A stretch of DNA of 64,000 nucleotides from Runella sp. (lineage in GTDB: Bacteria; Bacteroidota; Bacteroidia; Cytophagales; Spirosomataceae). The DNA is taken from the NCBI GenBank assembly GCA_023254175.1, contig JALQYJ010000101.1, positions 9,173 through 73,172 of the forward strand. Direction: 5' to 3'. A program made the translations under genes and the position numbers. Of the stretch, positions 1 to 11,048 are shown piece after piece (positions within the stretch are counted from its first letter, which is position 1; each line of letters opens with the position of its first letter). The notes below the pieces were generated by a model that was given only the letters and a program-made list of their open reading frames with translations, searched no databases and was not told the origin of the DNA.

Positions 1-273
1 AATGACCCTTTTAGTCCGCAGCTTAATGGAAGTGTAACGGGGGGGGCTTCGAGCCAAGTAGAAGCCGTAAATTTTGTCATCAATGGGATTATCGGGTTAA
101 ACAATGTATCGAGGGTAGAGCAAATGGCGATGTTTGACCTCATGCGCAAAAACCCTGGGTACGACATGATTATTTTTCCGCAATTCGCCGCACGTCGTAA
201 GTGGTTTGTAGTAGGTTCTAAAACCAACGTGACGGTGAAAGCAAGGCTCGCCCGCATGAAACCGACTAAGTAG
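1..273 (+). CDS. 3' end of hypothetical protein (partial, runs in from window edge)
   Basis: Frame 1 is open from base 1 to TAG at 271-273 (NDPFSPQLNG...PGYDMIIFPQF...KARLARMKPTK*); not in the ORF track. Confidence 0.6.
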   Translation, partial: NDPFSPQLNGSVTGGASSQVEAVNFVINGIIGLNNVSRVEQMAMFDLMRKNPGYDMIIFPQFAARRKWFVVGSKTNVTVKARLARMKPTK

Positions 274-278
274 TTGCC

Positions 279-405
279 AGACCTTCTAAGTTTGTTGTTT
301 GGCATTGTCGAAACTTGGAACAGTTAAACTTACTAAGATTTAGCTCCTCTGGAGCAATCAATAGCCACTCTATATTTTAGCATTCAACCTTAACTTGGAA
401 GGTCT
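279..405. repeat. Degenerate REP-like inverted-repeat cluster
   Basis: AGACCTTCTAAGTT (279-292) vs AACTTGGAAGGTCT (392-405), 13/14 complementary; extra AAACTTGGAA at 311-320; same core as the hairpin at 42995-43026. Confidence 0.55.
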
Positions 406-429
406 ATTCGCTTTTCTAAAAAAACTCCC

Positions 430-437
430 TACCTTTG
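430..437 (+). promoter_or_regulatory. Bacteroidota sigma-A -7 box upstream of prs
   Basis: TACCTTTG matches TAnnTTTG, 19 nt before the ATG. Confidence 0.55.
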
Positions 438-456
438 CGGAAATTTTCTACAGGGC

Positions 457-1401
457 ATGGCCTCTTTCAATCCAATCAAAATATTTTCTGGCTTACAATC
501 AACGTATCTAGCCGAAAAAATCGCCCGTCATTATGGGAGAGACTTAGGCGGTTATAATCTTCGTCGATTTAGCGATGGAGAATTGTCCCCAAGTTTTGAG
601 GAATCATTGCGCGGATGCGATGTGTATTTGGTACAGTCTATGTTTGGCTCGGCAGATAACTTCTTGGAGTTGTTGTTGATGATTGACGCCGCCAAGCGTG
701 CCTCAGCTCACGAAGTAACGGCCGTGATTCCGTACTTTGGTTATGCACGCCAAGACCGCAAAGACAAACCTCGCGTACCCATTGCGGCAAAGTTGGTTGC
801 TAACCTTCTGACAGCAGCCGGCGCAGAGCAAATTATGACGCTCGACCTACATGCAGGAGCAATTCAAGGTTTTTTTGATATACCAATGGTGCATCTGGAA
901 GGAAGCAGCGTGTTTGTTCCTTACATCAAGAGCCTAGAATTAGAAAACCTCGTCATCGCGTCGCCCGACGTAGGTGGTGCGGCCCGTGCGCGGAACTTCG
1001 CGAAGTTCTTTAACGCTGACATCATCCTTTGCGATAAGTACCGTAAACGTGCCAATGAAGTGGCTTCGATGCAGGTAATTGGTGATGTCAAAGACGCCAA
1101 CGTTGTATTTATTGACGACTTGATTGATACGGGCGGAACTATGTGCAAAGCCGCTGAACTCGTAATGAGTAAAGGCGCTAAGTCGGTTCGGGCCATCTGT
1201 ACTCACCCTGTGATGTCAGGTGACGCGCATACACGTATTCGTACGTCAGTATTGGAAGAACTCATCGTTACGGATACCATTCCATTGCGCGAAGAAAACG
1301 AGAAAATCAAGGTATTGTCGGTGTCAGAGCTTTTTGCAAAAGCCATCGGCCGCATCCGTGACCACGAATCTATTAGCTCATTATTTATAAATCCAGCGTA
1401 G
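457..1401 (+). CDS. prs: Ribose-phosphate pyrophosphokinase
   Basis: PYFGYARQDRK, DLHA, DDLIDTGGT (PRPP-binding) motifs. Confidence 0.97.
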   Translation: MASFNPIKIFSGLQSTYLAEKIARHYGRDLGGYNLRRFSDGELSPSFEESLRGCDVYLVQSMFGSADNFLELLLMIDAAKRASAHEVTAVIPYFGYARQDRKDKPRVPIAAKLVANLLTAAGAEQIMTLDLHAGAIQGFFDIPMVHLEGSSVFVPYIKSLELENLVIASPDVGGAARARNFAKFFNADIILCDKYRKRANEVASMQVIGDVKDANVVFIDDLIDTGGTMCKAAELVMSKGAKSVRAICTHPVMSGDAHTRIRTSVLEELIVTDTIPLREENEKIKVLSVSELFAKAIGRIRDHESISSLFINPA

Positions 1402-1492
1402 GCACAAGTGTACGCTATTTAACACGTACCTTTTTAATCCCAGGGTACGATTCACTCAAACACTCCCCTTAGGGATTGGGGGCCAATTAATT

Positions 1493-2056
1493 ATGAAAAG
1501 TACAGAGATTGTAGGGTTTAAAAGAGCGAATCTCGGCAAGCAAGAAGCTCGCACGTTGCGTTTAGAAGCAAAAGTTCCATGTGTATTGTACGGAGGGTCG
1601 GAGCAAGTTCACTTCTCTGCGCCAATGTATTTGTTCCGCGACTTACTTTTTACACCAGATGTGTATAACGTAACATTAAACATCGAAGGAACTATTTACA
1701 ACGCGATTTTGCAGGATGTACAATATCACCCAGTAAGTGACATCATCCTTCACGCTGACTTCTTGTTGATTCAAGAAGGAAAAGAAATCAAAGTGGAAGT
1801 ACCTGTTCGTTTTATCGGAACGGCAGTAGGTGTGACTAAAGGGGGAAAATTGGTACAAAAACTCCACAAAATCAAAGTTCAAGGTATGGCAGATAGCATT
1901 CCTGATTACGTGGATGTTCCTGTGGCAGAGCTTGATTTGGGTAAGTCAGTAAAAGTTGGCCACTTGAAAGTAAAGGGTTTCAAAATTTTGAACAACGCTT
2001 CGTTGCCAATCGCAGGGGTAGAAATCCCACGTGCATTGCGCGGTACGTTGAAGTAA
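1493..2056 (+). CDS. rplY: 50S ribosomal protein L25 / general stress protein Ctc
   Basis: VPCVLYGG, DVQYHPVSD.ILHADF, KGGKL motifs; follows prs. Confidence 0.95.
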   Translation: MKSTEIVGFKRANLGKQEARTLRLEAKVPCVLYGGSEQVHFSAPMYLFRDLLFTPDVYNVTLNIEGTIYNAILQDVQYHPVSDIILHADFLLIQEGKEIKVEVPVRFIGTAVGVTKGGKLVQKLHKIKVQGMADSIPDYVDVPVAELDLGKSVKVGHLKVKGFKILNNASLPIAGVEIPRALRGTLK

Positions 2057-2073
2057 TCTTCTTACGTAAGAAT

Positions 2074-2103
2074 AAGAAAGCCCCGCATTTGCGGGGCTTT
2101 CTT
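2074..2103. terminator. Bidirectional intrinsic terminator between rplY and trxA
   Basis: Perfect 13-bp stem AAGAAAGCCCCGC-attt-GCGGGGCTTTCTT between convergent genes. Confidence 0.85.
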
Positions 2104-2129
2104 CGTTTATAATGTGGCTAGTCAGTTGC

Positions 2130-2477
2130 TTATGCTAATTTTTCTGCCTCAGGAAGGAAGGAATTTAATTTTGCTTTCAACGTAGCTTCTGGAACCGCAC
2201 CTACTACGCGGTCAACCATCTTACCATCTTGGAAAAACAATAACGTAGGGATGCTACGAATTCCAAATTTAACGGCTGTTTCAGGGTTTGAGTCAACGTC
2301 AACCTTGCCAATCGTCGCTTTGCCGTCGAAGTCACCTGCCAGTTTTTCTACTACAGGGCCTACCAAACGGCAAGGTCCACACCATTCTGCCCAAAAGTCA
2401 ACCAATGTAATGGTTTTATCAGAATTTTCTACTATTTCGCTAAAGTTAGCATCCGTGATTTCGAGTGCCTTTCCCAT
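2130..2477 (-). CDS. trxA: Thioredoxin
   Basis: DFWAEWCGPC active site, IRSIPTLL. Confidence 0.95.
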   Translation of the reverse strand: MGKALEITDANFSEIVENSDKTITLVDFWAEWCGPCRLVGPVVEKLAGDFDGKATIGKVDVDSNPETAVKFGIRSIPTLLFFQDGKMVDRVVGAVPEATLKAKLNSFLPEAEKLA

Positions 2478-2568
2478 TTTCGTAAGAATGACCGGGTCGC
2501 CGGTACGATAAATATGTGTTTAAATATTTAATCAGTAAACCAATTGCCCCCTTGTAAAAGTTCCAATG

Positions 2569-2576
2569 CAAACATA
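2569..2576 (-). promoter_or_regulatory. -7 promoter box upstream of trxA
   Basis: Minus strand reads TATGTTTG (TAnnTTTG). Confidence 0.45.
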
Positions 2577-2606
2577 GCAATCTTTTACTTTACCCTAATT
2601 CGTTTA

Positions 2607-3536
2607 TCACAAACCTTGAGTGCGGATGCTAGCTTTTATTTTTGCTATCAGTTGACCCACGGGGGCAAGGGCATCTAACCAGTGAATTGTTAGTCCGTTG
2701 CGCTCCATTTTACGGAAAAATGTCATTTGGCGTTTGGCAAACTGATGAATAGCAACGTTGAGCCGCTCGACCATGGTGTCGTAGGTGAGCACTCCAGTGA
2801 GGTATTCGGTAATGAATTTGTACTCTAATCCGTAATAAATGAGCTGTTCGGCAGTTAGTCCTTGGTTGAGCAGGGTTTGTACTTCGTCAATCATCCCGTT
2901 TTGTAAGCGCTGATGCAAGCGGTGGGTAATGCGAGTTCGTCGTTCTTCGACGGGTACATCAAGTCCGAAAATTTGGTATTGAAGCGGGGTGGGTGACGTT
3001 GTCTCAAACGAATGTGTTTGTAGGTGCTCTGCAATCTCTATGGCGCGCACGAGCCGTTTTCGAGTGGAGGTGTCCGCTAGTGAAGAATAGGCCGAGGAAG
3101 TGGTATTAAAACGCGTTAACAGGGCCTCATCGGACAGCGTTTCAAGCTGCTGTCGTAGTGTTTCATCAACGGGGATGCCCGTAAACTGGTATTGTTTTAA
3201 GACCGACTCGATGTACAGGCCTGTTCCGCCGCATAAAATAGGCGTGTGGTGGAGGTTCTGAATGGCGTTAAACGCAGCCTGAAAATCGACTTGGAAACGA
3301 TGTACGTGATACGCTTCGCCCGCGTCGCAGATGTCGATGAGGTGATAGGGAATGTTTTTTCCGTCAATCATGTATTCGTCCAAATCTTTTCCTGTACCGA
3401 TGTTCATGCCTCGATACACCTGCCGGGAATCAGCGCTGATAATTTCTCCTTCGACTTGGGCCGCGAGCTGCGTAGCCAAGCGGGTTTTTCCGCAGGCGGT
3501 AGGGCCAAGAATGACAATGAGCGGAGCGTCTGTCAT
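2607..3536 (-). CDS. miaA: tRNA (adenosine37-N6) dimethylallyltransferase family (MiaA, second-paralog type)
   Basis: GPTACGKT P-loop, DSRQVYRGMNIGTGK, GGTGLY, FAKRQMTFF; start refined to ATG at 3536 (MTDAPL). Confidence 0.88.
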   Translation of the reverse strand: MTDAPLIVILGPTACGKTRLATQLAAQVEGEIISADSRQVYRGMNIGTGKDLDEYMIDGKNIPYHLIDICDAGEAYHVHRFQVDFQAAFNAIQNLHHTPILCGGTGLYIESVLKQYQFTGIPVDETLRQQLETLSDEALLTRFNTTSSAYSSLADTSTRKRLVRAIEIAEHLQTHSFETTSPTPLQYQIFGLDVPVEERRTRITHRLHQRLQNGMIDEVQTLLNQGLTAEQLIYYGLEYKFITEYLTGVLTYDTMVERLNVAIHQFAKRQMTFFRKMERNGLTIHWLDALAPVGQLIAKIKASIRTQGL

Positions 3537-3603
3537 GTCAATTAATAAAAAGGTGCTGAAAGACGCGTCTCTCAGCACCAATAAAAACTAGTTTTAATAC
3601 TTT

Positions 3604-5319
<1,716 letters not shown>

Positions 5320-5329
5320 TTACGGGATA

Positions 5330-5337
5330 CAAAGGTA
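5330..5337 (-). promoter_or_regulatory. -7 promoter box upstream of pyrG
   Basis: Minus strand reads TACCTTTG, ~35 nt before the start. Confidence 0.55.
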
Positions 5338-5583
5338 CAGAATTTTACGTCTGTGTCGCTATATGAATTGAACTTGCTTTTTAGGAAAATGGCTAAGTTG
5401 TTGATAGACAGTGGTGAAAATTGTATTAAAAAAAGTTGATAATTATCTCTCTCGTTGGCCTACTGAGAGATTAATCTATCTTTTGTACATTTACTCAGAG
5501 AAGCGATTTGTGCGTTAGGTTGCTTTGTAGAAGACGTGTTTTATTTTCAAATTTTCTCATTTTCAAATTAAGTACTTTCCTGT

Positions 5584-6204
5584 ATGTCCACTATTTTTCG
5601 TTTGTTGTTGCGGGTTGTTGTTGCAGTGGTGTTAATCAGCGGTGTAATTGCCCTGTGGGAAGCTTTCAAAACGGGGAAATGGTTTTCGTTGGGAGCGGAA
5701 GGAGAAACCCAAACTACCCATGCCGTGGTGCTCGAAGAAGTGCAAGCGTTGGGGAAAATGGAGCTGGTTCGGTACAATTTCAAAGACATCGTGGAGCACG
5801 AACAAGTAGTGCAGTGGCTACCCAACCCCAAAGCAGTATTGATTGTACAAGGTGAGGCGATTGGGTGTATTGATTTGACAAAAATCACTACTTCGGACGT
5901 CATCGAGGAGTCGGATACGGTCATTGTACATTTGCCCGAGCCCGAACTTTGCAGCTACAAAATCGACCATTCCAAATCGAAGGTATATAATACTGAATAC
6001 GCTTTTATGGAAGAGGCCAAGCTCGTGCAAGCGGCTTACCAACACGCCGAGCAGCAAATTCAAAAAGCAGCTTTAGAAATGGGGATTTTGGAACAAACCA
6101 AACAAAATGCCAATCAAATCTTGAAGTCTGTGTTAGAAAAAATATCGGGCAAAAAAGTAGTGCTGCGTTATCGGATGAAAGCGACACTGGCGAAGCCACG
6201 GTGA
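5584..6204 (+). CDS. DUF4230 domain protein, N-terminal membrane anchor
   Basis: Hydrophobic N-terminus; GCIDLTKI and V.LPEPEL pattern typical of DUF4230. Confidence 0.75.
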   Translation: MSTIFRLLLRVVVAVVLISGVIALWEAFKTGKWFSLGAEGETQTTHAVVLEEVQALGKMELVRYNFKDIVEHEQVVQWLPNPKAVLIVQGEAIGCIDLTKITTSDVIEESDTVIVHLPEPELCSYKIDHSKSKVYNTEYAFMEEAKLVQAAYQHAEQQIQKAALEMGILEQTKQNANQILKSVLEKISGKKVVLRYRMKATLAKPR

Positions 6205-6223
6205 TAGAAAATTAATTTAACCT

Positions 6224-8299
6224 ATGATGATACAAATGAAAAAAACACTTTTACTTGCGCTACTGCTTGGATCGCTAGGAGGCGCCCACGCCCAAAAAAC
6301 CACTGTGGCGTCGCCCGACAAAAACGTGGTGCTTACGACCCAACTTGCTGCCAATGGCACGGTTTTGTACAGTGTTTCTTACAAAAAAACGACTTTTGTG
6401 GAGCCGTCCACGCTGGGCTTTTCGTTGAGCCGTCCCAAAACGATGCTGACTCAATTTTCGCTGGTGAGCATAGACTCTGCTACCGTGGACGAAACGTGGA
6501 AACCTGTTTGGGGGGAAGTAAATCAAATTCGGAACCACTACAAAGCCCTGACGCTGACCCTCAAAGACAAAGCGGGAATTGTGGTGAAAGTGGCCTTTCG
6601 GGTGTTCAACGAAGGGGTTGGGTTTCGGTACGAGTTCCCTAAACAAGAGTCCCTCAATCACTTTGTGGTGGCCGACGAACTGACGCAAATCAACTTAGCA
6701 GGCGATTATAAAGCTTTCTGGATTCCAGGCGATTATGATACTAACGAGTATTTGTACAATACCACCTCACTGAGCCAAGTAGACGCAGTGACGGCAGCAG
6801 CGAAGGAGACTGATATTGCCCTTAAATCGGTGATTGGCCCCAATGTGATTCAGGTGCCGTTGATGCTCAAAACCCCAACGGGAATGTATATCAACTTGCA
6901 CGAAGCGGCCTTGGTAAACTACCCTGTGATGCATTTGGCCTTAGACAAAAAAACGTTTACTCTTACTTCTCATCTTGTGCCCGATGCCGTGGGAAATAAG
7001 GCATATTTGCAAACGCCGTTTACAACCCCGTGGCGTACCATCAACGTAAGTGATAAAGCAACGGATATCTTGGCGTCGAAAATGATATTGAACCTCAACG
7101 AGCCTTCAAAAATTACGGACGTTTCGTGGATTACGCCCCAAAAGTTTATCGGGATGTGGTGGGAAATGCACGTTGGAAAAGCGACTTGGGAAAAAGCTTC
7201 GGGAAAGCATGGGGCTAACACCGCCAACGTCAAAACTTACATTGATTTTGCAGCCCAACACGGTTTTGATGGGGTATTGGTGGAAGGATGGAACGAGGGT
7301 TGGGAAGACTGGTTTGGCAATTGGAAAGAAAATGTGTTCGATTTTATTACCCCTTATCCCGACTACGACACCAAGGGCTTGACCGACTACGCTCGTCAAA
7401 AAGGCGTTCGGATTATCATGCACCACGAGACGTCGGGAGCGGTGACCAATTATGAGCGTTGGATGGACAAGGCGTTTCGCTACATGCAAGATAATCAGAT
7501 GAATACCGTTAAAACGGGCTACGTGGGACGGATTATTCCGCGCGGTGAGCACCACGACGGGCAATGGATGGTGAATCACTACGAGCGCGTAGCCCAAAAA
7601 GCCGCCGAGTACAAAATCATGGTGGAAGCCCACGAGCCTGCGCACCCTACGGGCTTGCACCGAACGTACCCCAACTGGCTCGCCAACGAAGCCGCCCGCG
7701 GAAATGAGTTTAACAATGCCCCTAAACTCGGACTTGTGCCCGAGCACGAAACCATCTTGCCGTTTACGCGTTTGATGGGCGGCCCGATGGATTATACCCC
7801 TGGCTTTTTTCATTTTCAGCTTAATCAGTACGATGCGTCGCGTACCACGCGCGTTCGGACGACCTTAGCCAAACAGTTGGCGTTGTACGTGACGATGTAC
7901 AGCCCCTTGCAAATGGCGGGCGATTTTCCCGAAAACTTCAACAAATATTTGGATGCGTTCCAATTTATCAAGGACGTTCCCGTAGACTGGGACGATACGA
8001 AGGTATTGGCGGCCGAGCCAGGCGATTTTGTTACGATTGCCCGCAAAGCAAAAGGAAAACCAAACTGGTTTTTGGGAGCTATTTCGGATGAAAATGCGCG
8101 GACTTCGGTGTTAAACTTTGATTTTTTGGAGGAAGGAGCCACGTACCAAGCCACCATTTACCGTGATGGTGAAGGTACCGATTGGCAAACTAATCCCGAA
8201 GCGTATGAAATCGAAAAAATGACCGTTACCAACAAAACCACCCTGAGCATTCGACTGGCTAAAGGTGGAGGGTGTGCCATTAGCATCATTAAACAGTAA
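6224..8299 (+). CDS. Glycoside hydrolase family 97 (SusB-like alpha-glucosidase)
   Basis: Signal peptide, FRVFNEGVGFRY, LVEGWNEGW, MHHET, GGPMDYTPG. Confidence 0.93.
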   Translation: MMIQMKKTLLLALLLGSLGGAHAQKTTVASPDKNVVLTTQLAANGTVLYSVSYKKTTFVEPSTLGFSLSRPKTMLTQFSLVSIDSATVDETWKPVWGEVNQIRNHYKALTLTLKDKAGIVVKVAFRVFNEGVGFRYEFPKQESLNHFVVADELTQINLAGDYKAFWIPGDYDTNEYLYNTTSLSQVDAVTAAAKETDIALKSVIGPNVIQVPLMLKTPTGMYINLHEAALVNYPVMHLALDKKTFTLTSHLVPDAVGNKAYLQTPFTTPWRTINVSDKATDILASKMILNLNEPSKITDVSWITPQKFIGMWWEMHVGKATWEKASGKHGANTANVKTYIDFAAQHGFDGVLVEGWNEGWEDWFGNWKENVFDFITPYPDYDTKGLTDYARQKGVRIIMHHETSGAVTNYERWMDKAFRYMQDNQMNTVKTGYVGRIIPRGEHHDGQWMVNHYERVAQKAAEYKIMVEAHEPAHPTGLHRTYPNWLANEAARGNEFNNAPKLGLVPEHETILPFTRLMGGPMDYTPGFFHFQLNQYDASRTTRVRTTLAKQLALYVTMYSPLQMAGDFPENFNKYLDAFQFIKDVPVDWDDTKVLAAEPGDFVTIARKAKGKPNWFLGAISDENARTSVLNFDFLEEGATYQATIYRDGEGTDWQTNPEAYEIEKMTVTNKTTLSIRLAKGGGCAISIIKQ

Positions 8300-8320
8300 T
8301 TTATATTTATCAAAAACAGA

Positions 8321-9217
8321 ATGACACCCTCAAAATTAGCCATTTTAGTAAGTACTTTTTTGCTTTTCTTGGGCTCAGCTTGGAGTCAAACCAACGTCCT
8401 TCGACAGCGTTTACAACGGGTCGCTGCTACCACCCAAGGAATGTTGGGGGTCGGTGTAGTTGACTTCAGTAACGGCGATACCGTGAGTGTTAATGGACAA
8501 TGGCATTTCCCGATGCAGAGCGTGTATAAATTCCACTTGGCCTTGGCGGTATTGAGCGAAGTCGATAAGGGAAAATGGACGTTGGAACAAAAAATAAAAG
8601 TGACTAAAAAAGACTTGTTGCCTAATACATGGAGTCCTTTGCGGGAAAAATACCCCAACGGTGAGGTAGAGCTTCCGCTGCGCGAAATCCTAGAATACAC
8701 TGTGGCGCAAAGCGATAATAATGGCTGTGATATTCTGTTTCGTTTGGTAGGTGGTACCAAAGTCGTGGATAAATACATCAAAAGTATTGGTATCAATGAG
8801 GTAAATATCGTAGGTACTGAAGAAGAAATGCACGCCGATGACCGAGTGCAATTTGACAACTGGAGCACGCCGCGTTCGGCCGCAAAGTTGCTGGAGGTGT
8901 TTCACCAAAAGAAGATACTTTCAAAAAATAGCTGGGATTTTTTGTGGAATACCATGGTAAGCACGACAACTGGCCCGCTCAAAATCAAGGGGGTGTTACC
9001 TGCTAATGCGACGGTAGCGCACAAAACGGGTTATTCGGGCGTTAATAAACTGGGAATCATCGCCGCGACCAATGACATCGGCATTATGCAACTTCCCAAC
9101 GGAAAGTACGTGGCCATCGCTGTTTTCTTGTCTAATACCCCTATGCCCGAGGCGCAGTGCGACAGAGTTATTGCAGAAGCGGCAAAAGTAACGTGGGATT
9201 ATTTTTTGACGAAATAA
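8321..9217 (+). CDS. bla: Class A beta-lactamase, subclass A2 (PER/VEB/CME-like)
   Basis: FPMQSVYK (SxxK), SDN, TEEEMH (E166 region), HKTG; signal peptide. Confidence 0.92.
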   Translation: MTPSKLAILVSTFLLFLGSAWSQTNVLRQRLQRVAATTQGMLGVGVVDFSNGDTVSVNGQWHFPMQSVYKFHLALAVLSEVDKGKWTLEQKIKVTKKDLLPNTWSPLREKYPNGEVELPLREILEYTVAQSDNNGCDILFRLVGGTKVVDKYIKSIGINEVNIVGTEEEMHADDRVQFDNWSTPRSAAKLLEVFHQKKILSKNSWDFLWNTMVSTTTGPLKIKGVLPANATVAHKTGYSGVNKLGIIAATNDIGIMQLPNGKYVAIAVFLSNTPMPEAQCDRVIAEAAKVTWDYFLTK

Positions 9218-9283
9218 CTGCTTTAAGTGCTTTGCCACTTACTTTTGCTTATACATTGCCATATCCTCAAATTTTCATCTTAA

Positions 9284-10975
9284 ATGCGTATCGGAATCTT
9301 TTTTGGCGGTCCAGCGCGTGAGCGCGAAATCTCCTATGCAGGTGGTAAAACTGCCTACGAAAACATCGACAAAACTTTGTTCACGCCCGTGTTGGTGTTT
9401 GTGGACAGCCTCGGTAATTTTATCCTGACCGACGAGTCAAAGTTGTACCATTCGGGAATTCGGGAGTTTTATCCTGGACCTGCGTTTCGTGATGGTGGCT
9501 TTGAAGTGTATATTGAGTCGTTGCAGCAGCAGTTGGCTCCGCAAGAAATCGAGGCATTGATGCACGCTATCGGAACGCCGATTCAGCCGAAAAACTTTAA
9601 AACGTATTTCGATTTTGCCTTTATCATCCTTCATGGCCCCGACTGCGAAGACGGCGCCATCCAAGGTTTGTTGGAGTGGCACAAAATCCCGTACATGGGG
9701 CCAGGTTTGTTGGGGTCGGCGGTGAGTATTGATAAAATTTTGCAAAACGAGCAAATTGCCCGCGCCAATGGACAGCACAAAAAAATGCAGGTGGTTCGCT
9801 GGGAACAGTGGCGCGAAACAGAAGTAGCGGAGGTATTTGAAGCTGCCAAAGCGGAGTTGGGCCTTCCTATTGTTGTAAAAGCACCTCACCAAGGCTCGTC
9901 GATTGGGGTTTCGATTGTTAAAGAAGATCGCCTCGACGATTTTGTGAAAGCTATGAACCAGTGCTTTTTTGCTTTGGAAGTATCCGCTGACGAATGGAAA
10001 GTCTATTCAGAGGAGGAAAAACACGCTTTTGCGCAGCGTATTGCCAATCTCGATGAAAGCATCGGCTATCCTGTCGTGATAGAACAAACGGGCGAGTTTA
10101 TCTATCACCCCACCGAATTGACTGAAAAGTTAGAAAACTGGGTAACGGGAAACAGTCAACCCGAAACACCCAAACTGACCCTCTTATCGGCCAATGCTGA
10201 AGACCAAGTCTTGTTGGAGGAGTTTATCAAAGGGCAAGAGTTTTCGTGCGGGGTGATTCAGGACAACGACGGTACAGTGATTGCGTTGCCGCCTACCGAA
10301 ATTGCTAAACTCGAAGAAAATCAGACGTTTGACTTCAAGACAAAATATAAATTAAACGTTACTCGAAAATTTATTCCCGTACGTACGTCGCTCGAAAACA
10401 ACCAAAAAATTCAGTACAACATTGCGTTGGTATTTGAAAAGCTGGGAATGAACGCAGTGACGCGGATAGACGGATTTTTGACGCCCGATGGACGTGTTTT
10501 GCTCCACGACCCCAACACCCTTCCTGGGATGTCGCCAACGTCGTTGATTTTTAAACAAATGGCTGAAATTGGCTTGGATGTTACGCACGCCATCACGTAT
10601 TTGATTCGTCAGTCGTTGCGCGAACGCATTCGTACAGGAAAAGATACGGTGCATTTGCGTCAATTATTGGCGGTTTTGGATGAAAAAATTGCGGCTCAAT
10701 TGGTCGAAATAACCACCGAAGAAGTGGTGTTTGAACCTACCCAAGAAGGCTATTTGGACGGCCGCCGTCGCTTTAGTCAGTTGTCGTCTTCGGGCAAAGT
10801 AAAACCCATTGCCGTGCTACAAACCAGCGAGACGAAAAAAGTAGTGATGCCTGTCAATCTCTTATTCAAAGATACCATTGACGACGTTTTAGAGGCATTG
10901 GCGCAGCCCATTCACCCGCTGATTGAAGAAACCCGTACCAAAGCTATCAACGTTACGAAGCGTTTTGTGGGTTAA
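9284..10975 (+). CDS. ddl: D-alanine--D-alanine ligase family, extended form
   Basis: FFGGPAREREIS, LHGPDCEDGAIQG, GSSIG, FDFKTKY, PNTLPGM. Confidence 0.8.
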   Translation: MRIGIFFGGPAREREISYAGGKTAYENIDKTLFTPVLVFVDSLGNFILTDESKLYHSGIREFYPGPAFRDGGFEVYIESLQQQLAPQEIEALMHAIGTPIQPKNFKTYFDFAFIILHGPDCEDGAIQGLLEWHKIPYMGPGLLGSAVSIDKILQNEQIARANGQHKKMQVVRWEQWRETEVAEVFEAAKAELGLPIVVKAPHQGSSIGVSIVKEDRLDDFVKAMNQCFFALEVSADEWKVYSEEEKHAFAQRIANLDESIGYPVVIEQTGEFIYHPTELTEKLENWVTGNSQPETPKLTLLSANAEDQVLLEEFIKGQEFSCGVIQDNDGTVIALPPTEIAKLEENQTFDFKTKYKLNVTRKFIPVRTSLENNQKIQYNIALVFEKLGMNAVTRIDGFLTPDGRVLLHDPNTLPGMSPTSLIFKQMAEIGLDVTHAITYLIRQSLRERIRTGKDTVHLRQLLAVLDEKIAAQLVEITTEEVVFEPTQEGYLDGRRRFSQLSSSGKVKPIAVLQTSETKKVVMPVNLLFKDTIDDVLEALAQPIHPLIEETRTKAINVTKRFVG

Positions 10976-11048
10976 AATACTTGTACAAACTCCCCATCCA
11001 TGCTCCAACAAATGCCGTTAGTTAGTCTTAGCCAACTAGCGGTATTTG

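Noticed and set aside
5508-5924. Alternative 115-aa and 118-aa ORFs
   Set aside because: Overlap the DUF4230 gene in other frames; no protein-like features
7106-7813. 235-aa minus-strand ORF
   Set aside because: Antisense shadow entirely inside the well-supported GH97 gene; no recognisable motifs
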